In this document: piece after piece, positions 12,963 to 25,207 of the stretch
Layout of the letters: the number at the start of each line of letters is the position of its first letter
Position numbering within the stretch: the first letter of the stretch is position 1
NCBI GenBank assembly: GCA_973895155.1
Contig: OZ316891.1
Location: 10,789,875-10,853,874 of the forward strand
Length of the DNA stretch: 64,000 nt
Source of the DNA: Marsupella aquatica
Lineage: Eukaryota; Plantae; Marchantiophyta
Reading direction: 5' to 3'
The notes under the pieces: generated by a model
The model's database searches: none
Seen by the model: the letters and a program-made list of their open reading frames with translations, nothing else
What the model was told of the DNA's origin: nothing
Position numbers and translations under genes: made by a program

Positions 12963-13530
12963 GAATTGCACATGTAAATTTATCTGTTAGTGAGGCCTGC
13001 TTTGCACTTGCCAAACAAAACTGAATTTCCACAAATTGCCTGAGAAAAGTTAGATAAGAAACGAGGGAGTGCAATTTGGCAGAGATCACTGTAATGGTTA
13101 CAAACTTCCCACAAGGAGCTTTTCGAGCAAAAATGAAGGAAGTGCACATATAAACCTATCTATTAGCTAGACCTGCTGGCACTTGCCAGGAAAATTGAAT
13201 TCCCACAAATTGCACGAGAAAAGTTGGATAAGAAACTCCTGCATGCACTAAACGAGGGAGTCCATTTATCTGGGGTGCAATTTCGCAGAGATCACTGTAG
13301 TGGTTACAAACTTCCGACAAGGAGCTTTTCGAGCAAAAATGAACGAATTGCACATACAAACCTATCTGTTACTGAGGCCTGCTGGCACTTTGCCAGAAAA
13401 ACTGAATTCCCACAAATTGCACGAGAAAAGTTGGATAAGAAACTCCTGCATGCACTCGCCTGGGATGCAATTTCGCAGAGGTCACTGGAATGATTACAAA
13501 CGTCCGACAATGAGCTTTCCGAGCATAAAT
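12963..13530. repeat. Three tandem ~180-205-bp repeats
   Basis: Recurring AATTGCACAT..CTGAATTCCCACAAATTGCACGAGAAAAGTTGGATAAGAAAC..GCAGAGATCACTG..GAGCTTTTCGAGCAAAAATGAA. Confidence 0.85.
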
Positions 13531-13731
13531 AAAGGAAATAAGGTCCAACACTTGGACCGTTTTCAGGACTTCGGCCACATCACGCCCTGCTTTCCGGGGC
13601 TTTCTGATATGACACAAACGGCGTCTGACAGGGTGGGTGGGTGTAACGACTTGCAACGTCAGCTAAAACTACTTTATCCGTATTCCAGAGACGTTGATCT
13701 TGCCACGAGTGGACGACATCGTGGGTTCAGA

Positions 13732-13910
13732 TGGGTAGTATCTTTTCTTACTCCTTACTTGGGTGGGTCTGATGAGAGTAAGGTACACGTTGGGTAGTAT
13801 CTTTTCTTACTGCTTACTTGGGTGGGACTGATGAGAGTAAGGTACAGGCTCTAAGGTGGGGCTCTGGTAGTATTGCTTACTACTTACTTGGGTGGGGCTG
13901 ATGAGGTAAA
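13732..13910. repeat. Three ~60-70-bp tandem repeats
   Basis: GGTAGTATCTTTTC.TACT.CTTACTTGGGTGGG.CTGATGAG recurs three times. Confidence 0.8.
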
Positions 13911-15883
13911 ATAAATGTAAGATGGCTCTAAGGTGGGACACTTGATGAGACTCAGTTCATGAAAGATGGCTGTGAGATGGGGCTAAAGGCTTGGGTGAGG
14001 CTAAGAGCCCATTTGCATGTGGGCAGACCTTTGTTTTTTGGCCCTTAGCTTAGCCTCACCATGGCATTCAAACATTGACTAAGATTTTATACCTCAACCT
14101 CCTTGTCAGGCAGGCAGACCTGACAGCATATGTAGTGGAGAATCATGGGCATGGCACCTAGGAACACTGAATTAGGGAAAACTCAGGGCTGCTTACATGC
14201 AAGATGGCTCTCAGGACTTGGGTCTCACACATTTTTAGTGTGGCCGGCTACACTTCAGTGACTCCGTGGCCCATACTTGCTTGCACACAAGCAGCGTCTC
14301 TTTTAGGGGCAAAATTTCACCAAATTCCATCTTAGTTCCTGAAAAGTATTTGCCACTTTTTGCAAATTTGCCATATTTTTTGTATGTAGTACATCCACTT
14401 TATATGGCATTGTGTTCCATAATCCCTCAAAAAGCAAGAGCTTCAGCTTGAGTGTTGAGGGCTTACAGTGCACTTGTAAGAGGACCTTAAGGGACTCAAA
14501 GGACACCGAGATTTTTCTCCTACTAATTCTAGTAAAAGTACAGGAATATCCTCATAATCAGTTGACACAAATCTTGACTGTGGATTCTCCAGAAATGCCA
14601 TGGAATTACAAAGAGAAAAAATAACAAAGGGTCTTACTTATATATCAAGGCCTGGGGAGGGTAATGTGTGCCATATATAACAGCCTCAGGACTTTAGCTG
14701 GGGTTTTGAGGTGCTTATTGATGCACATACTTCCTTCCTAAGCGTGTTCATCTAACTAAATAATCTGGTCTTTCCTTGTTTGGAAAGCTAGTCTGCTTAT
14801 TTTGTAGTATCAAGATATAATTGTTGTATAATTTTGTTTCCGTGTGCCTTCTTAGACAGGGTGCAGTATTTTGTAATGAAGGATTCTAAAATTATCTTTG
14901 GCCCACTCTTCATGTTTTTAGTTTTCCTGCCCTACAGCTTTTCTCTACCTCAATGTTAAGATTTCAATCTGGCCCGTCCTTGATAAAATTATGATTTTTA
15001 TTCTTCTAATATTGAAATTCCATATTTGAGGAAGATGTTATCTCTTCCATGGATGGAAGCAAAGTATTGGGTAATTCCAATCCATCCCACTTTCATTTCT
15101 CCTCACAGATTTGTTGTTTAAGTTCATGGTTGAGTGACTGACGTGCACTTGAGGTATTGAGATGCAAGAAAACAGGAATTTCAGATGGCGAGGAGAATGG
15201 TGTTCCTTAGCAAGTATATTTTTTTATTTCTTTTGATTTTTGCTGACTTTTAGATTTTGAGTGCATTTCTAAGACTCAGATGGCTAGCGAGTTTGCTAGC
15301 TAAAAGGGAAGATTTTACTAACTAGGTTTTGGCAAGATAGGGATTAACTTTACAATTGAAGTGGGGTTTTTTACTCATAACAGTAAATTAAATTGTTTAC
15401 TGCTGACTTGCACATTACAATTACCCCGTGCACCTGAAGTCATCCCTGTGTACCTAAAGTCATTATGTGAGAAGTACATGAGAGGCCCACCAGATTTCAT
15501 ACTCTTTTAGAAGCTAAAACGTTGTCTACTAGAAGGTGACACGTGAGAAGTGCTGTGAAGGTGGGGCCAACACTTTATATGGCCATTAGAGATAAGGAGA
15601 GTGCACACTTACCAAGTCACCCAATTTAACTAATTTCTTTTTGCTTTAAGGTGGTTCAGAAAAAAACCATCCCAATTCTTAAAAGGCACGATTAATTATT
15701 CGTCATGGATCAGAATCTTCTTGAGAAGAGACTACAAGATAAGCTACTTTCTGTTTGGGAATTCTCAAACCTTTACTTATCTATCTTAAAGGATTCCTTT
15801 GCTGGTTTCTCTATGTATGATAGTCCTAAAAGTTTTCTGTAGACATTCGAGGAAGGTTGCTCAAAGTTGAAGCAACTTCAGCG

Positions 15884-17675
15884 AGATCCAAAGCTACTCT
15901 TGGGACTGACAGTCTATGGTGGAGCTTTAAACCATGAATCGAGGGCATAATTGAAGGTGGAGTGTGGGCAGAAGGGCGCAGGGATTGAGGGAAAGTCACT
16001 GGGAAAATATGAACATGAATCGGTGAACTCTAAACCGGCTTGAATGCCAACAACAAGAAAGGAATCTATTTTTTTCACAATGCCCTTTGTCCTCTACTTA
16101 TGGTCAAAAATCTAGAATGTTCTAAGGGAAATCCAAAATAATTATTTGTAAGAACATCAGAGCTCTTTAAGTCCAATTTTGAGGAGTCAAGTGCTGGAAG
16201 GAGTCAGTGTCTTCTTTCTGTTTGATGGTTTTTACATCTTTGCTACCAGGTGAAAGGGCCTTGGGAATCATGCCAGGAGGTATTAATGTTTAACTTCATC
16301 ATGAATGATCCAAAGCTACTCTCGGGGCCAACAGTCTAGGGTGGAGCTTTAAACCATGAATGGGGGGCATAATTGAAGGTGGAGTGTGGACAGAAGCACG
16401 CTGGGATTGAGCAAAAGTCACTGGGAAAAATGAGCATGAATCGGTGAACTCAAAATGGGCTTGAATGTCAACAACAAGCTAGAAAGGAATCTATTTTTTT
16501 TCACAATGCCCTTTGTCCTCTACTAGCTTATGGTCAAAAATCTAGAATGTTCTAAGGGAAATCCAAAATAATTATGTGTAAGAACATCAGAGCTCTTTAA
16601 GTCCAATTTTGAGGAGTCAAGTCCTGGAAGGAGTCAGTGTCTTCTTTCTGTTTGATGGTTTTTACATCTTTGCTAGCAGGTGAAAGGGCCTTGGGAATCA
16701 TGCCAGGAGGTTTATTAATGTTTAACTTCATCATGAATGATCCAAAGCTACTCTCGGGGCCAACAGTCTAGGGTGGAACTTTAAACCATGAATGGGGGGC
16801 ATAATTGAAGGTGGAGTGTGGACAGAAGCACGCGGGGATTGAGCAAAAGTCACTGGGAAAAATGAGCATGAATCGGTGAACTCAAAATGGGCTTGAATGT
16901 CAACAACAAGCTAGAAAGGAATCTATTTTTCTCACAATGCCCTTTGTCCTCTACTAGCTTATGGTCAAAAATCTAGAATGTTCTAAGGGAAATCTCAAAT
17001 TATTATGCGTAAGAACATCAGAGCTCTTTAAGTCCAATTTTGAGGAGTCAAGTGCTGGAAGGAGTCAGTGTCTTCTCTCTGTTTGATGATTTTTACATAT
17101 TTGCGACCAGGTGAAAGGGCCTTGGGAATCATACCAGGAGGTTTATTAATGTTTAGCTTCATTGTGAATGATCCAAAACTACTCTCGGGGCCAACAGTCT
17201 AGGGTGGAGCTTTAAACCATGAATGGGGGGCATAATTGAAGGTGGAGTGTGGACAGAAGCACGCGGGGATTGAGCAAAAGTCACTGAGTGGGAAAAATGA
17301 GCATGAATCGGTGAACTCAAAATGGGCTTGAATGTCAACAACAAGCTAGAAAGGAATCTTTTTTTCACAATGCCCTTTGTCCTCTACTTATGGTCAAAAA
17401 CCTAGAATGTTCTAAGGGAAATCTAAAATTATTATGTGTAAGAACATCAGAGCTCTTTAAGTCCAATTTTGAGGAGTCAAGTGCTGGAAGGAGTTAGTGT
17501 CTTCTTTCTGTTTGATGGTTTTTACATATTTGCTACCAGGTGAAAGGGCCTTGGGAATCATGCCAGGAGGTTTATTAATGTTTAACTTCACCATGAATGA
17601 TCCAAAGCTACTCTCAGGGCCAGCAGTCTAGGGTGGAGCTTTAAACCATGAATGGGGGACATAATTGAAGGTGGA
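15884..17675. repeat. ~425-430-bp tandem array (4 full units plus a partial)
   Basis: Units start GATCCAAAGCTACTCT at ~15884, 16307, 16738, 17170 and 17598. More units lie at ~18350-18783 and continue at 25208-25512 across the copia insertion. Confidence 0.95.
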
Positions 17676-17711
17676 TTATTAATTTTTGAAGCTGCTATAT
17701 GGTGAATGCAC

Positions 17712-17988
17712 ATTTCAAATTTTGTCTTATTCAGATTTTTGTGTCATGTATTTTCATTTCAATCTGCCTTATCAAGGGGCAGCCTTTGTATTCTATACAT
17801 TTTTAATTAATTTTTAGACCCCTTAGTTTAGTTTTAGGTATACTAGAGTGTTTTCAAATTTTGTCTTATTCAGATTTTTGTGTCATGTATTTTCATTTCA
17901 ATCTGCCTTATCAAGGGGCAGCCTTTGTATTCTATACATTTTTAATTAATTTTTAGACCCCTTTAGTTTTAGGTATTCTAGAGTGTTT
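17712..17988. repeat. ~138-bp near-perfect tandem duplication
   Basis: TTTCAAATTTTGTCTTATTCAGATTTTTGTGTC...CTAGAGTGTTT occurs twice. Confidence 0.85.
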
Positions 17989-18783
17989 GGAACTTATTTT
18001 GGCAGCCCCCTTTCACAGTATGTGTTTTCTTAGAGATGAAACCAAAGGCTCCACCACCACGAGTGAGAGAAATGATGCTGACGATCGAACATGAATGCAT
18101 AGCCTCTTAAGTTCTCCTCATGTTTTTCTTTCCTAGGTTTATGGTTTTTATTGAAAGGAGTGTCATTCATAAGGCACCCTGAGTTAAGTGCACACATCCT
18201 AGCATCGTTTGACTGTACCTTTTCTTGGTCACTGTGCTTTTCTTGGCAGACACTTTACTTATATAACAGCACTTCTATGCTCTCATATTTTATTTACTTT
18301 CAGATCATTACAAGACAAAAAATAAAGCATGTTCCAGGATGAGCATGCTATATGGGCAGAAGCGAGGGGGGATTGAGGGAAAGTCACTGGGAAAAAATGA
18401 ACATGAATTCGTGAGCACAAAATGGGCTTGAATGTCAACAACAAGCAAGGAATCTATTTTTTCACAATGCCCTTTGTCCTCTACTAATGGTCAAAGATCT
18501 AGAATGTTCTAAGGGGAATCTAAAAAAATTATGTGTAAGAACATCAGAGCTGTTTAAGTACAATTTTGAGGAGTTAAGTGCTGGAAGGAGTCAGTGTTTT
18601 CTTTCTTTGCAATGGTTTTTACATATTTGCTACCAGGTGAAGGGACCTTGGGAATCAAGCCAGGAGGTTGATTAATGTTTAATTTGATCACGATCCAAAG
18701 CTACTCTCCGGGCCAACGGTCTAGGGTGAAGCTTTAAACCATGCATGGGGGGCATAATTGATGGGGAGTATGGGCAGAAGTGT

Positions 18784-19168
18784 TGTTGAGCATAGACGAC
18801 GATCGCAACGGCAAGCCCATGAACCATCCAACGCACAATAGTCGACACAAGAGATACGTGGTTCACCTCCTTGAGGCTACGTCCACGGGAACACACAAGA
18901 GAGCTTTACTGAACTCTAAGCCCGTCGGCTATACCGAGTCTCCACAGTGTAAGCTCTCCCTATCTCTCAAGTGGCTCCATAACAATGAGCCTTGGTTCTA
19001 CCTCTCCAAGCACACATGCCTCTTATGATATAGTGTGCAACTTAGTTGTACCTAACCACATAGTTGTACCTAACCACATAGTTGTACCTAATCACGTAGT
19101 TGTACCAACCCACGTTGTTGTACCAACCACGTCATACCTAACCTAGACGTAAGAGTAAATACCCAACA
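18784..19168 (-). repeat. 3' LTR of copia element 1
   Basis: Same sequence as 24823-25207. Carries 18-bp tandem repeats TAGTTGTACCTAACCACA at the U3 end. Confidence 0.95.
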
Positions 19169-19359
19169 ATCTTCCCCTTGACTCTGGTCTAGGGGAGAGT
19201 AATACTGCCAATGTATATGATCCCTCAGCGGGAAGTTCTGGACAGAAACCAAACCGGTTTCCCTCTCTAACTAGAGCAAACCAGAACTAAGCCGTAGCCT
19301 AATACATAGGAATGAGGAAGAGCATATATCAGTAATTACAATGAATGTTTAAGAAAACT

Positions 19360-22300
19360 CTACTTGTGATGCAATTGCAAAACCTGCAATACGTCACGGT
19401 GTCTAGAGAAACTCTCCAAAGGAATCACTTTGGTAAATGCGTCAGCCGGGTTGAGTTTACCATCAATCTTGACTAGCTCAAACAAATTATCAGACACAGC
19501 CTGCCTGATAAAATGGTACCTGACGTCAATGTGCTTCACTCTACTGTCCATCACCTGGTTCACAGCAAGGTGGAGCGCACTTTGACTATCACAATGGAGC
19601 TTCACATTCCCCTGTGGCAATCCCATTTCAGTGATAAGTCTATCCAACCAAATCGCTTCCTTTGCTGCTTCCGCAGCTGCAACATACTCCGCTTCTGTAG
19701 TAGACTGAGCAATACACTTCTGCAAAGTAGACCTCCAACTTATGCATCCACCGCCAAGTGTGAACACGTATCCTGTTGTTGATCTCCTTCGGTCCAAATC
19801 TTGTCCATAGTCAGAATCTACATAGCCAATCAATGATCTAGCATTCTTTGCATTCGCATCAAATAAAAGACCATGATCCACGGTACCCTTCAAGTACCTG
19901 ATAATCCACTTCACTGCTTCCCAGTGTACCTTCCCTGGATTCGACATGTACCTGCTCACCTTGCCCATAGCCATGGCAAGATCAGGTCTAGTGCAAGTCA
20001 TCAAATACATGAGACTCCCCACTGCCTTGTCATATGGAACCTTTGACATCAACCCCTTCTCTGTGTCATCCGTAGGACAGAACGCTGATGATAACTTGAA
20101 GTGTGGAGCCAACGGGGTACTTACTGGCTTGCTATTCTCCATGTTGAACCTTGCAATTACCTTCCTCGCATAACTGCTCTGCGTCAACCATAGCTTGCCA
20201 GCCTCCAAGTCCCTAGTGATCTCCATACCCAAAATCCTCTTAGCTGGCCCTAAGTCCTTCATCTTAAACTCTGCACTAAGCAGTGCCTTGAGCTTAACAA
20301 TCTCAGACCTATCCTTGGCTGCAATTAGCATGTCATCCACATAAAGTACTAAAACAATGAACCCAAAGACAACATTCTTCACCGGTTTCAAATACACACA
20401 AGGGTCAAATACACTTCTGTGAAAACCTTGTGACCGAATCCAATCGTCAAACCGCTTGTTCCACTGTCTTGGTGACTGCTTCAACCCATACAAGGATTTC
20501 AGCAATCTGCAAACCAATTCCTCCTGTCCTCTCTTCACAAAACCTAGCGGTTGTCTCATGAAGATCACCTCTTCCAATGTGCCATAGAGGAAAGCTGTGA
20601 CAACATCCATCTGATCTAGGAGCAGACCAAACATTACAACAAGTATACACAATAGTCGTATTGTAGAGTACTTAGCAACTGGTGAGAAGACCTCATTGTA
20701 ATCCACACCTTTCTCTTGTGTGAATCCCTTTGCTACCAATCTAGCCTTGTAGACCTTCGATCCACCTCCTATGGAATTATCCTTCAGCTTGTAAATCCAC
20801 TTGCTGTCCACCACTTGCTGACCCTTAGGCAGCTTAACAAGCTCCCAAGTTTTGTTGTCCTTTAGTGACTGCATCTCTGTTTGCATTGCTGCAGTCCACT
20901 TTTGCTTCTCCTTTGAAGCACTTGCCTCATGAAATGAAGAAGGTTCTCCTTCTTCCAAAATTAACGCATCACCCTCATCATCAGCTGTAAAATCATCCTC
21001 TTGCAGTTGAGATGAATCAACCCACTGTCCATACCTTGATGGAGCGAGTACAGTGCGACCAGATGTTCTTCTAGCCGATGACTCCGGTTGATCTGCGTGT
21101 GCTGGTACAATTTGAAGCTCAACAGCATCCACTTGCTGCTCACCAGCATCAACAAACTCCTCTGGTTCCTCTGGCACAGGAACCAGCTCCATAATTGGAG
21201 CAACTCCTTCTCTCCGGTCATGCACCTCATAACCAATCTCCCCCTCAACGAGATCCGGGATAGGAGATTTTCTTTTGTCAGTACGGGAGACCTGAGTATT
21301 CTCCCCCTCCTTCAATAATCTGGATTCATTGAAGGAAACATCCCTACTGACAACGAGCTTACAGGCAATAGGATCCCATAGCCTATAGGCTTTCACACCA
21401 CTCTGGTACCCAAGAAAAACACATTTCCTGGAGGTAGGATCCAACTTGGTCCTATTCTGCTTTGGTGTGAGAGCATATGCATCACTTCCAAAAATTACCA
21501 AGCCATGATAGTCTGCTTGCCGCTTATAGCGCATCTCAAACGGCGTTTTGAAATTGATAGCACTAGAAGGAGAAAGATTTACCAAATAAGCTGCGGTATT
21601 GACAGCTTCTGCCCAAAATTCTTGTGGTAAACCTGATTGGCTCAACATACTCCGTGACCGCTCCAACAGTGTCCGATTGAGCCTCTCAGCGACACCATTC
21701 TGCTGCGGAGTATAAACTGTGGTGAGATGGCGAGTTATCCCCTGTTCTGAACAGTACTCTTCAAATTCCATTGAAGTGTACTCCCCGCCGTTGTCTGACC
21801 TCAGACTCTTCACCCTTGTATCCAAACACTTGATCGTGTTTCCAGTCTGATTCTCCACCTGGGCCTTCCACTTCTTAAAAATGGACAAGACATCAGACTT
21901 ATGCGTCATGAAATAAATCCACACAAATCTTGAGTAATCATCAATAAATGATACATAGTACAACTTTCCAGAGTGTGAGGGAGTCGGGGATGGACCCCAC
22001 ACGTCACTATGTATATACTCAAGAACCGCTTTGGAACGATGAGTTCCAACACCAAAAGCACGACGATGCTGCTTTCCAAGAATGCAATGCTCACAAAACT
22101 CTAATTTACAAGATTGCAAATCAGAAATGAGTCCATTCTTCCGTAAGATAGCCAAACCCTTCTCACTCATGTGGCCTAGCCGTGAATGCCACAGTTGAGT
22201 CATCTCCTCGTGAGACTTGGTTACATTGGCCTCTCCACATACAGTATTGCCCTGTAACACATACAAATTCTTTTGTCTACTCCCCTTCAAAATCACTGTC

Positions 22301-22632
22301 TCTCCCGACCTGACTTGAAGTTCACCATCAATAACGCTCCATTGATGACCATTTGAATCCAACACACCGAGTGAAATCAGATTCTTACGCATGCCAGGTA
22401 CATACCTGACTCCGGACACTATGCGCACAGCGCCATCAAACATTTGAATCTTCACAGACCCAATTCCCTCAATTTGACAGGAGTGATCATTTCCCATCAG
22501 AACTGAACCGTTTGAAACAGAGTAAGAACTGAAAAACTCACGAATGTAACAAGTATGAAAAGAGCAAGCACAATCAAGAATCCACACATCATCTGCTCTC
22601 CTAGATGACGTGCACAGGGCATACCCCCGGCT
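19360..22632 (-). CDS. pol: Copia Pol (aspartic protease, integrase, reverse transcriptase, RNase H), uninterrupted
   Basis: WILDCACSFH protease; HSRLGH..CEHC zinc finger; HSDVWGP, LRSDNGGEY and ERLNRTL integrase; YVDDML RT; DSDY..TEAEY RNase H. No internal stop. In frame with gag after a single TGA. Confidence 0.95.
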   Translation of the reverse strand, partial: SRGYALCTSSRRADDVWILDCACSFHTCYIREFFSSYSVSNGSVLMGNDHSCQIEGIGSVKIQMFDGAVRIVSGVRYVPGMRKNLISLGVLDSNGHQWSVIDGELQVRSGETVILKGSRQKNLYVLQGNTVCGEANVTKSHEEMTQLWHSRLGHMSEKGLAILRKNGLISDLQSCKLEFCEHCILGKQHRRAFGVGTHRSKAVLEYIHSDVWGPSPTPSHSGKLYYVSFIDDYSRFVWIYFMTHKSDVLSIFKKWKAQVENQTGNTIKCLDTRVKSLRSDNGGEYTSMEFEEYCSEQGITRHLTTVYTPQQNGVAERLNRTLLERSRSMLSQSGLPQEFWAEAVNTAAYLVNLSPSSAINFKTPFEMRYKRQADYHGLVIFGSDAYALTPKQNRTKLDPTSRKCVFLGYQSGVKAYRLWDPIACKLVVSRDVSFNESRLLKEGENTQVSRTDKRKSPIPDLVEGEIGYEVHDRREGVAPIMELVPVPEEPEEFVDAGEQQVDAVELQIVPAHADQPESSARRTSGRTVLAPSRYGQWVDSSQLQEDDFTADDEGDALILEEGEPSSFHEASASKEKQKWTAAMQTEMQSLKDNKTWELVKLPKGQQVVDSKWIYKLKDNSIGGGSKVYKARLVAKGFTQEKGVDYNEVFSPVAKYSTIRLLCILVVMFGLLLDQMDVVTAFLYGTLEEVIFMRQPLGFVKRGQEELVCRLLKSLYGLKQSPRQWNKRFDDWIRSQGFHRSVFDPCVYLKPVKNVVFGFIVLVLYVDDMLIAAKDRSEIVKLKALLSAEFKMKDLGPAKRILGMEITRDLEAGKLWLTQSSYARKVIARFNMENSKPVSTPLAPHFKLSSAFCPTDDTEKGLMSKVPYDKAVGSLMYLMTCTRPDLAMAMGKVSRYMSNPGKVHWEAVKWIIRYLKGTVDHGLLFDANAKNARSLIGYVDSDYGQDLDRRRSTTGYVFTLGGGCISWRSTLQKCIAQSTTEAEYVAAAEAAKEAIWLDRLITEMGLPQGNVKLHCDSQSALHLAVNQVMDSRVKHIDVRYHFIRQAVSDNLFELVKIDGKLNPADAFTKVIPLESFSRHRDVLQVLQLHHK

Positions 22633-23664
22633 TCATAAAACATACTCATCATTGAGTAAATCAGCTTCTCCATCAGCCCTAGCCACATTTGCCGATGAAG
22701 TTTCCGCTGCCTTTCCCTTACAGTCTCGCTTGAAGTGTCCAACTTGGTTGCACTTCCAACATGTCACCTGCCTCCTCTGAGGGGATTTACCCTTGGACTT
22801 AGATCTGGATTTAGATCTAAACTGGGTTCTACGGTCCCCAGTTGGTCGCTGCATACTCCTCCCACGGTTAACATTGAGGGCAGCACCAGATGATGAAGGC
22901 TGTGACGTGATGTGCATCTTCTGCTGAAGATCATCACTAAGCAGAGAACTTACCACGTCATTGTATGAAATGGTATCCCTATCACGATGCAACAACACTC
23001 GTGATAGGGACTGGTAAGATGGAGGCAATGAACTAAGAAGCTGCAGAGCCTTCGTCTCATCATTCAAAGTCTCCCCAAGGTTTTCCAAGTCAACGACCAT
23101 GTCGTTGAAAGCATCCACATGGTCTTGCAACTTCGTACCAGATTCCTTCATCCTGAAACTCATCAGTTTGTAGGAAGTGTAGAGCCGGTTCGACAACTCC
23201 TTGCGGTGATACTTGCTCTGCAATTCCGCAAACAAGGACATGCAATCCTTATGTGCACCTAACTGCTTGATGATGGGAGGCATGAGATAGAGTGTAACAC
23301 ACCACACTCCCTGCTCCTGCATGCGGTCCCATTGTTTCTCATCAACATCGTCTTCACGAGGGCTCAGCAGTTGGCCCATCCCTGACGCATAAAGCACTCC
23401 CTTCACTTGCTTCTCCCATAGCAAGTAGTCAGAGCGCCCATCATACTTTGTCACTTCATACTTGGGTCCCCCAAGCTTGAAAGTCCCCATCTTCTTCTTT
23501 ACCGTGAGCTCCGGTAGTAGTACTGCTTCCTCCACCACACGCCGCACCGGTGATGGTATCGGTGTCACGTGCTCTTCCTCCTGCTCCTCTCTCTGCCCCT
23601 GAAACCTCCGCGGTGATCCTCGTGCTTCAAGTTCCACGTCTTCGAAAAAACTCCTCCGAATCAC
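22633..23664 (-). CDS. gag: Copia Gag with CCHC zinc knuckle
   Basis: KYEVTKYDGRSDYLLW; LLSSLPPSY; CWKCNQVGHFKRDC. First in-frame ATG is at 23490. An upstream ATG at 23668 is offset by one base. Confidence 0.92.
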   Translation of the reverse strand: MIRRSFFEDVELEARGSPRRFQGQREEQEEEHVTPIPSPVRRVVEEAVLLPELTVKKKMGTFKLGGPKYEVTKYDGRSDYLLWEKQVKGVLYASGMGQLLSPREDDVDEKQWDRMQEQGVWCVTLYLMPPIIKQLGAHKDCMSLFAELQSKYHRKELSNRLYTSYKLMSFRMKESGTKLQDHVDAFNDMVVDLENLGETLNDETKALQLLSSLPPSYQSLSRVLLHRDRDTISYNDVVSSLLSDDLQQKMHITSQPSSSGAALNVNRGRSMQRPTGDRRTQFRSKSRSKSKGKSPQRRQVTCWKCNQVGHFKRDCKGKAAETSSANVARADGEADLLNDEYVL

Positions 23665-24822
23665 TCATATGAGAAAGTCACAAAAAATGTTGTTTTTCAC
23701 AACTTCTCAAAAAACTCGAAACTCAACACCGCCGCGTAGCCCACAAAGCTAGGAGTCCAATACTGAAAACCGAAATCAAAATCGAAATTTGACGGAAAAG
23801 TTATTCAAATTTCGGTCGAGGTGGGTAAAACCTTGGGAAACTCCCCCGTTTTGACCACCTCAGGGAATAACCGAAATACCAAGTACAACCCGTTGTCGGA
23901 ATTGCGATGTGATTGGTGCGCTGCATTGCCAACTTCAATGGCTACGACCTCGCCGAAAAATAACCAAAAAAGTTACCGTTCGGTGGATGAAATCTTTGTC
24001 GGACGGTCAAAAAATAGCTCTCTGGTTTTTTGGAATATTCTATGACCCTTGTACAGGCCCTGTGGGAATTTTGGAAGAACAATCGAGGGGCTGACATGTG
24101 TCCTCGAACCCCCAAAACCCCCTACCACCCTTCGTCGTCGAAATCTGGTCGCGCGCGCAGAAAATACACACGGCAGAATGTACCCCTCGACACCAAACGC
24201 AAGATATCTCACTCGGGTTTTGACTAAATCAAGATCCGATTTCAGATTTGGAAACTAGACTCCGAGGCGATGAAGATCGATATAAGAAGCACCCAAAACG
24301 AGGAAAGAACGAGGGAGAAAAAAATTGGTAAAGATGACAGATTTCTCTCAATTGCCATAGCCAATTTCGAATCAGTTTTTCAAAGAGAAAAAAATGGTAC
24401 CTTGTCAACAACGAATGTTGATCAATTGCACTTGGTGTCGTCACCAAGTCCAACAAGGTAATTGATTTTGCTTAGCCTTCCTCTTTGCATCAAAGAGCCA
24501 ATCCCGGACTCAAAAACAATCGTCTTGCCTCAATCTCTCCGTTGAGTCAAAACACTTGACGCTTCTCCCTCCGAGTCGATTGCCAACTTTCTTCACAAAA
24601 TCCAGAACGACGAAAACTTAGATCTCTCTGCACCACGAGCTCCGTTCAACGATTTCTTCACACCGTTAGAAAGCTCTTGCCCTGATCTATCCGTTGAGCC
24701 CATAAACTCCAAGTTCCATGCGATGGAACTCTGGAAAATCCACCAACACTCAACGCTGGAAAAACCGTCATGAAATCCCGTCACGAACACACGTCACCTC
24801 CCAAGCATGCTCTGATACCAAT

Positions 24823-25207
24823 TGTTGAGCATAGACGACGATCGCAACGGCAAGCCCATGAACCATCCAACGCACAATAGTCGACACAAGAGATACGTGG
24901 TTCACCTCCTTGAGGCTACGTCCACGGGAACACACAAGAGAGCTTTACTGAACTCTAAGCCCGTCGGCTATACCGAGTCTCCACAGTGTAAGCTCTCCCT
25001 ATCTCTCAAGTGGCTCCATAACAATGAGCCTTGGTTCTACCTCTCCAAGCACACATGCCTCTTATGATATAGTGTGCAACTTAGTTGTACCTAACCACAT
25101 AGTTGTACCTAACCACATAGTTGTACCTAATCACGTAGTTGTACCAACCCACGTTGTTGTACCAACCACGTCATACCTAACCTAGACGTAAGAGTAAATA
25201 CCCAACA
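24823..25207 (-). repeat. 5' LTR of copia element 1
   Basis: Adjacent to the PBS; begins TG and ends CA; followed by TSD AGTGT. Confidence 0.95.

Larger units (their letters stand above)
18784..25207 (-). mobile_element. Full-length Ty1/copia LTR retrotransposon (Tnt1/Tork-like), very recent insertion
   Basis: 385-bp TG..CA LTRs at 18784-19168 and 24823-25207 appear identical. 5-bp TSD AGTGT (18779-83, 25208-12). tRNA-iMet PBS TGGTATCAGAGC (24820-24809). PPT CAAGGGGAAGAT (19180-19169). Domain order gag-PR-INT-RT-RH. Confidence 0.97.

Noticed and set aside
13300-13797. 165-aa ORF
   Set aside because: It begins inside a tandem repeat, has no ATG context and shows no recognisable motif.
18780-19028. 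82-aa ORF duplicated at 24822-25067
   Set aside because: It is identical only because it lies within the two LTRs, and it starts with a non-ATG codon.
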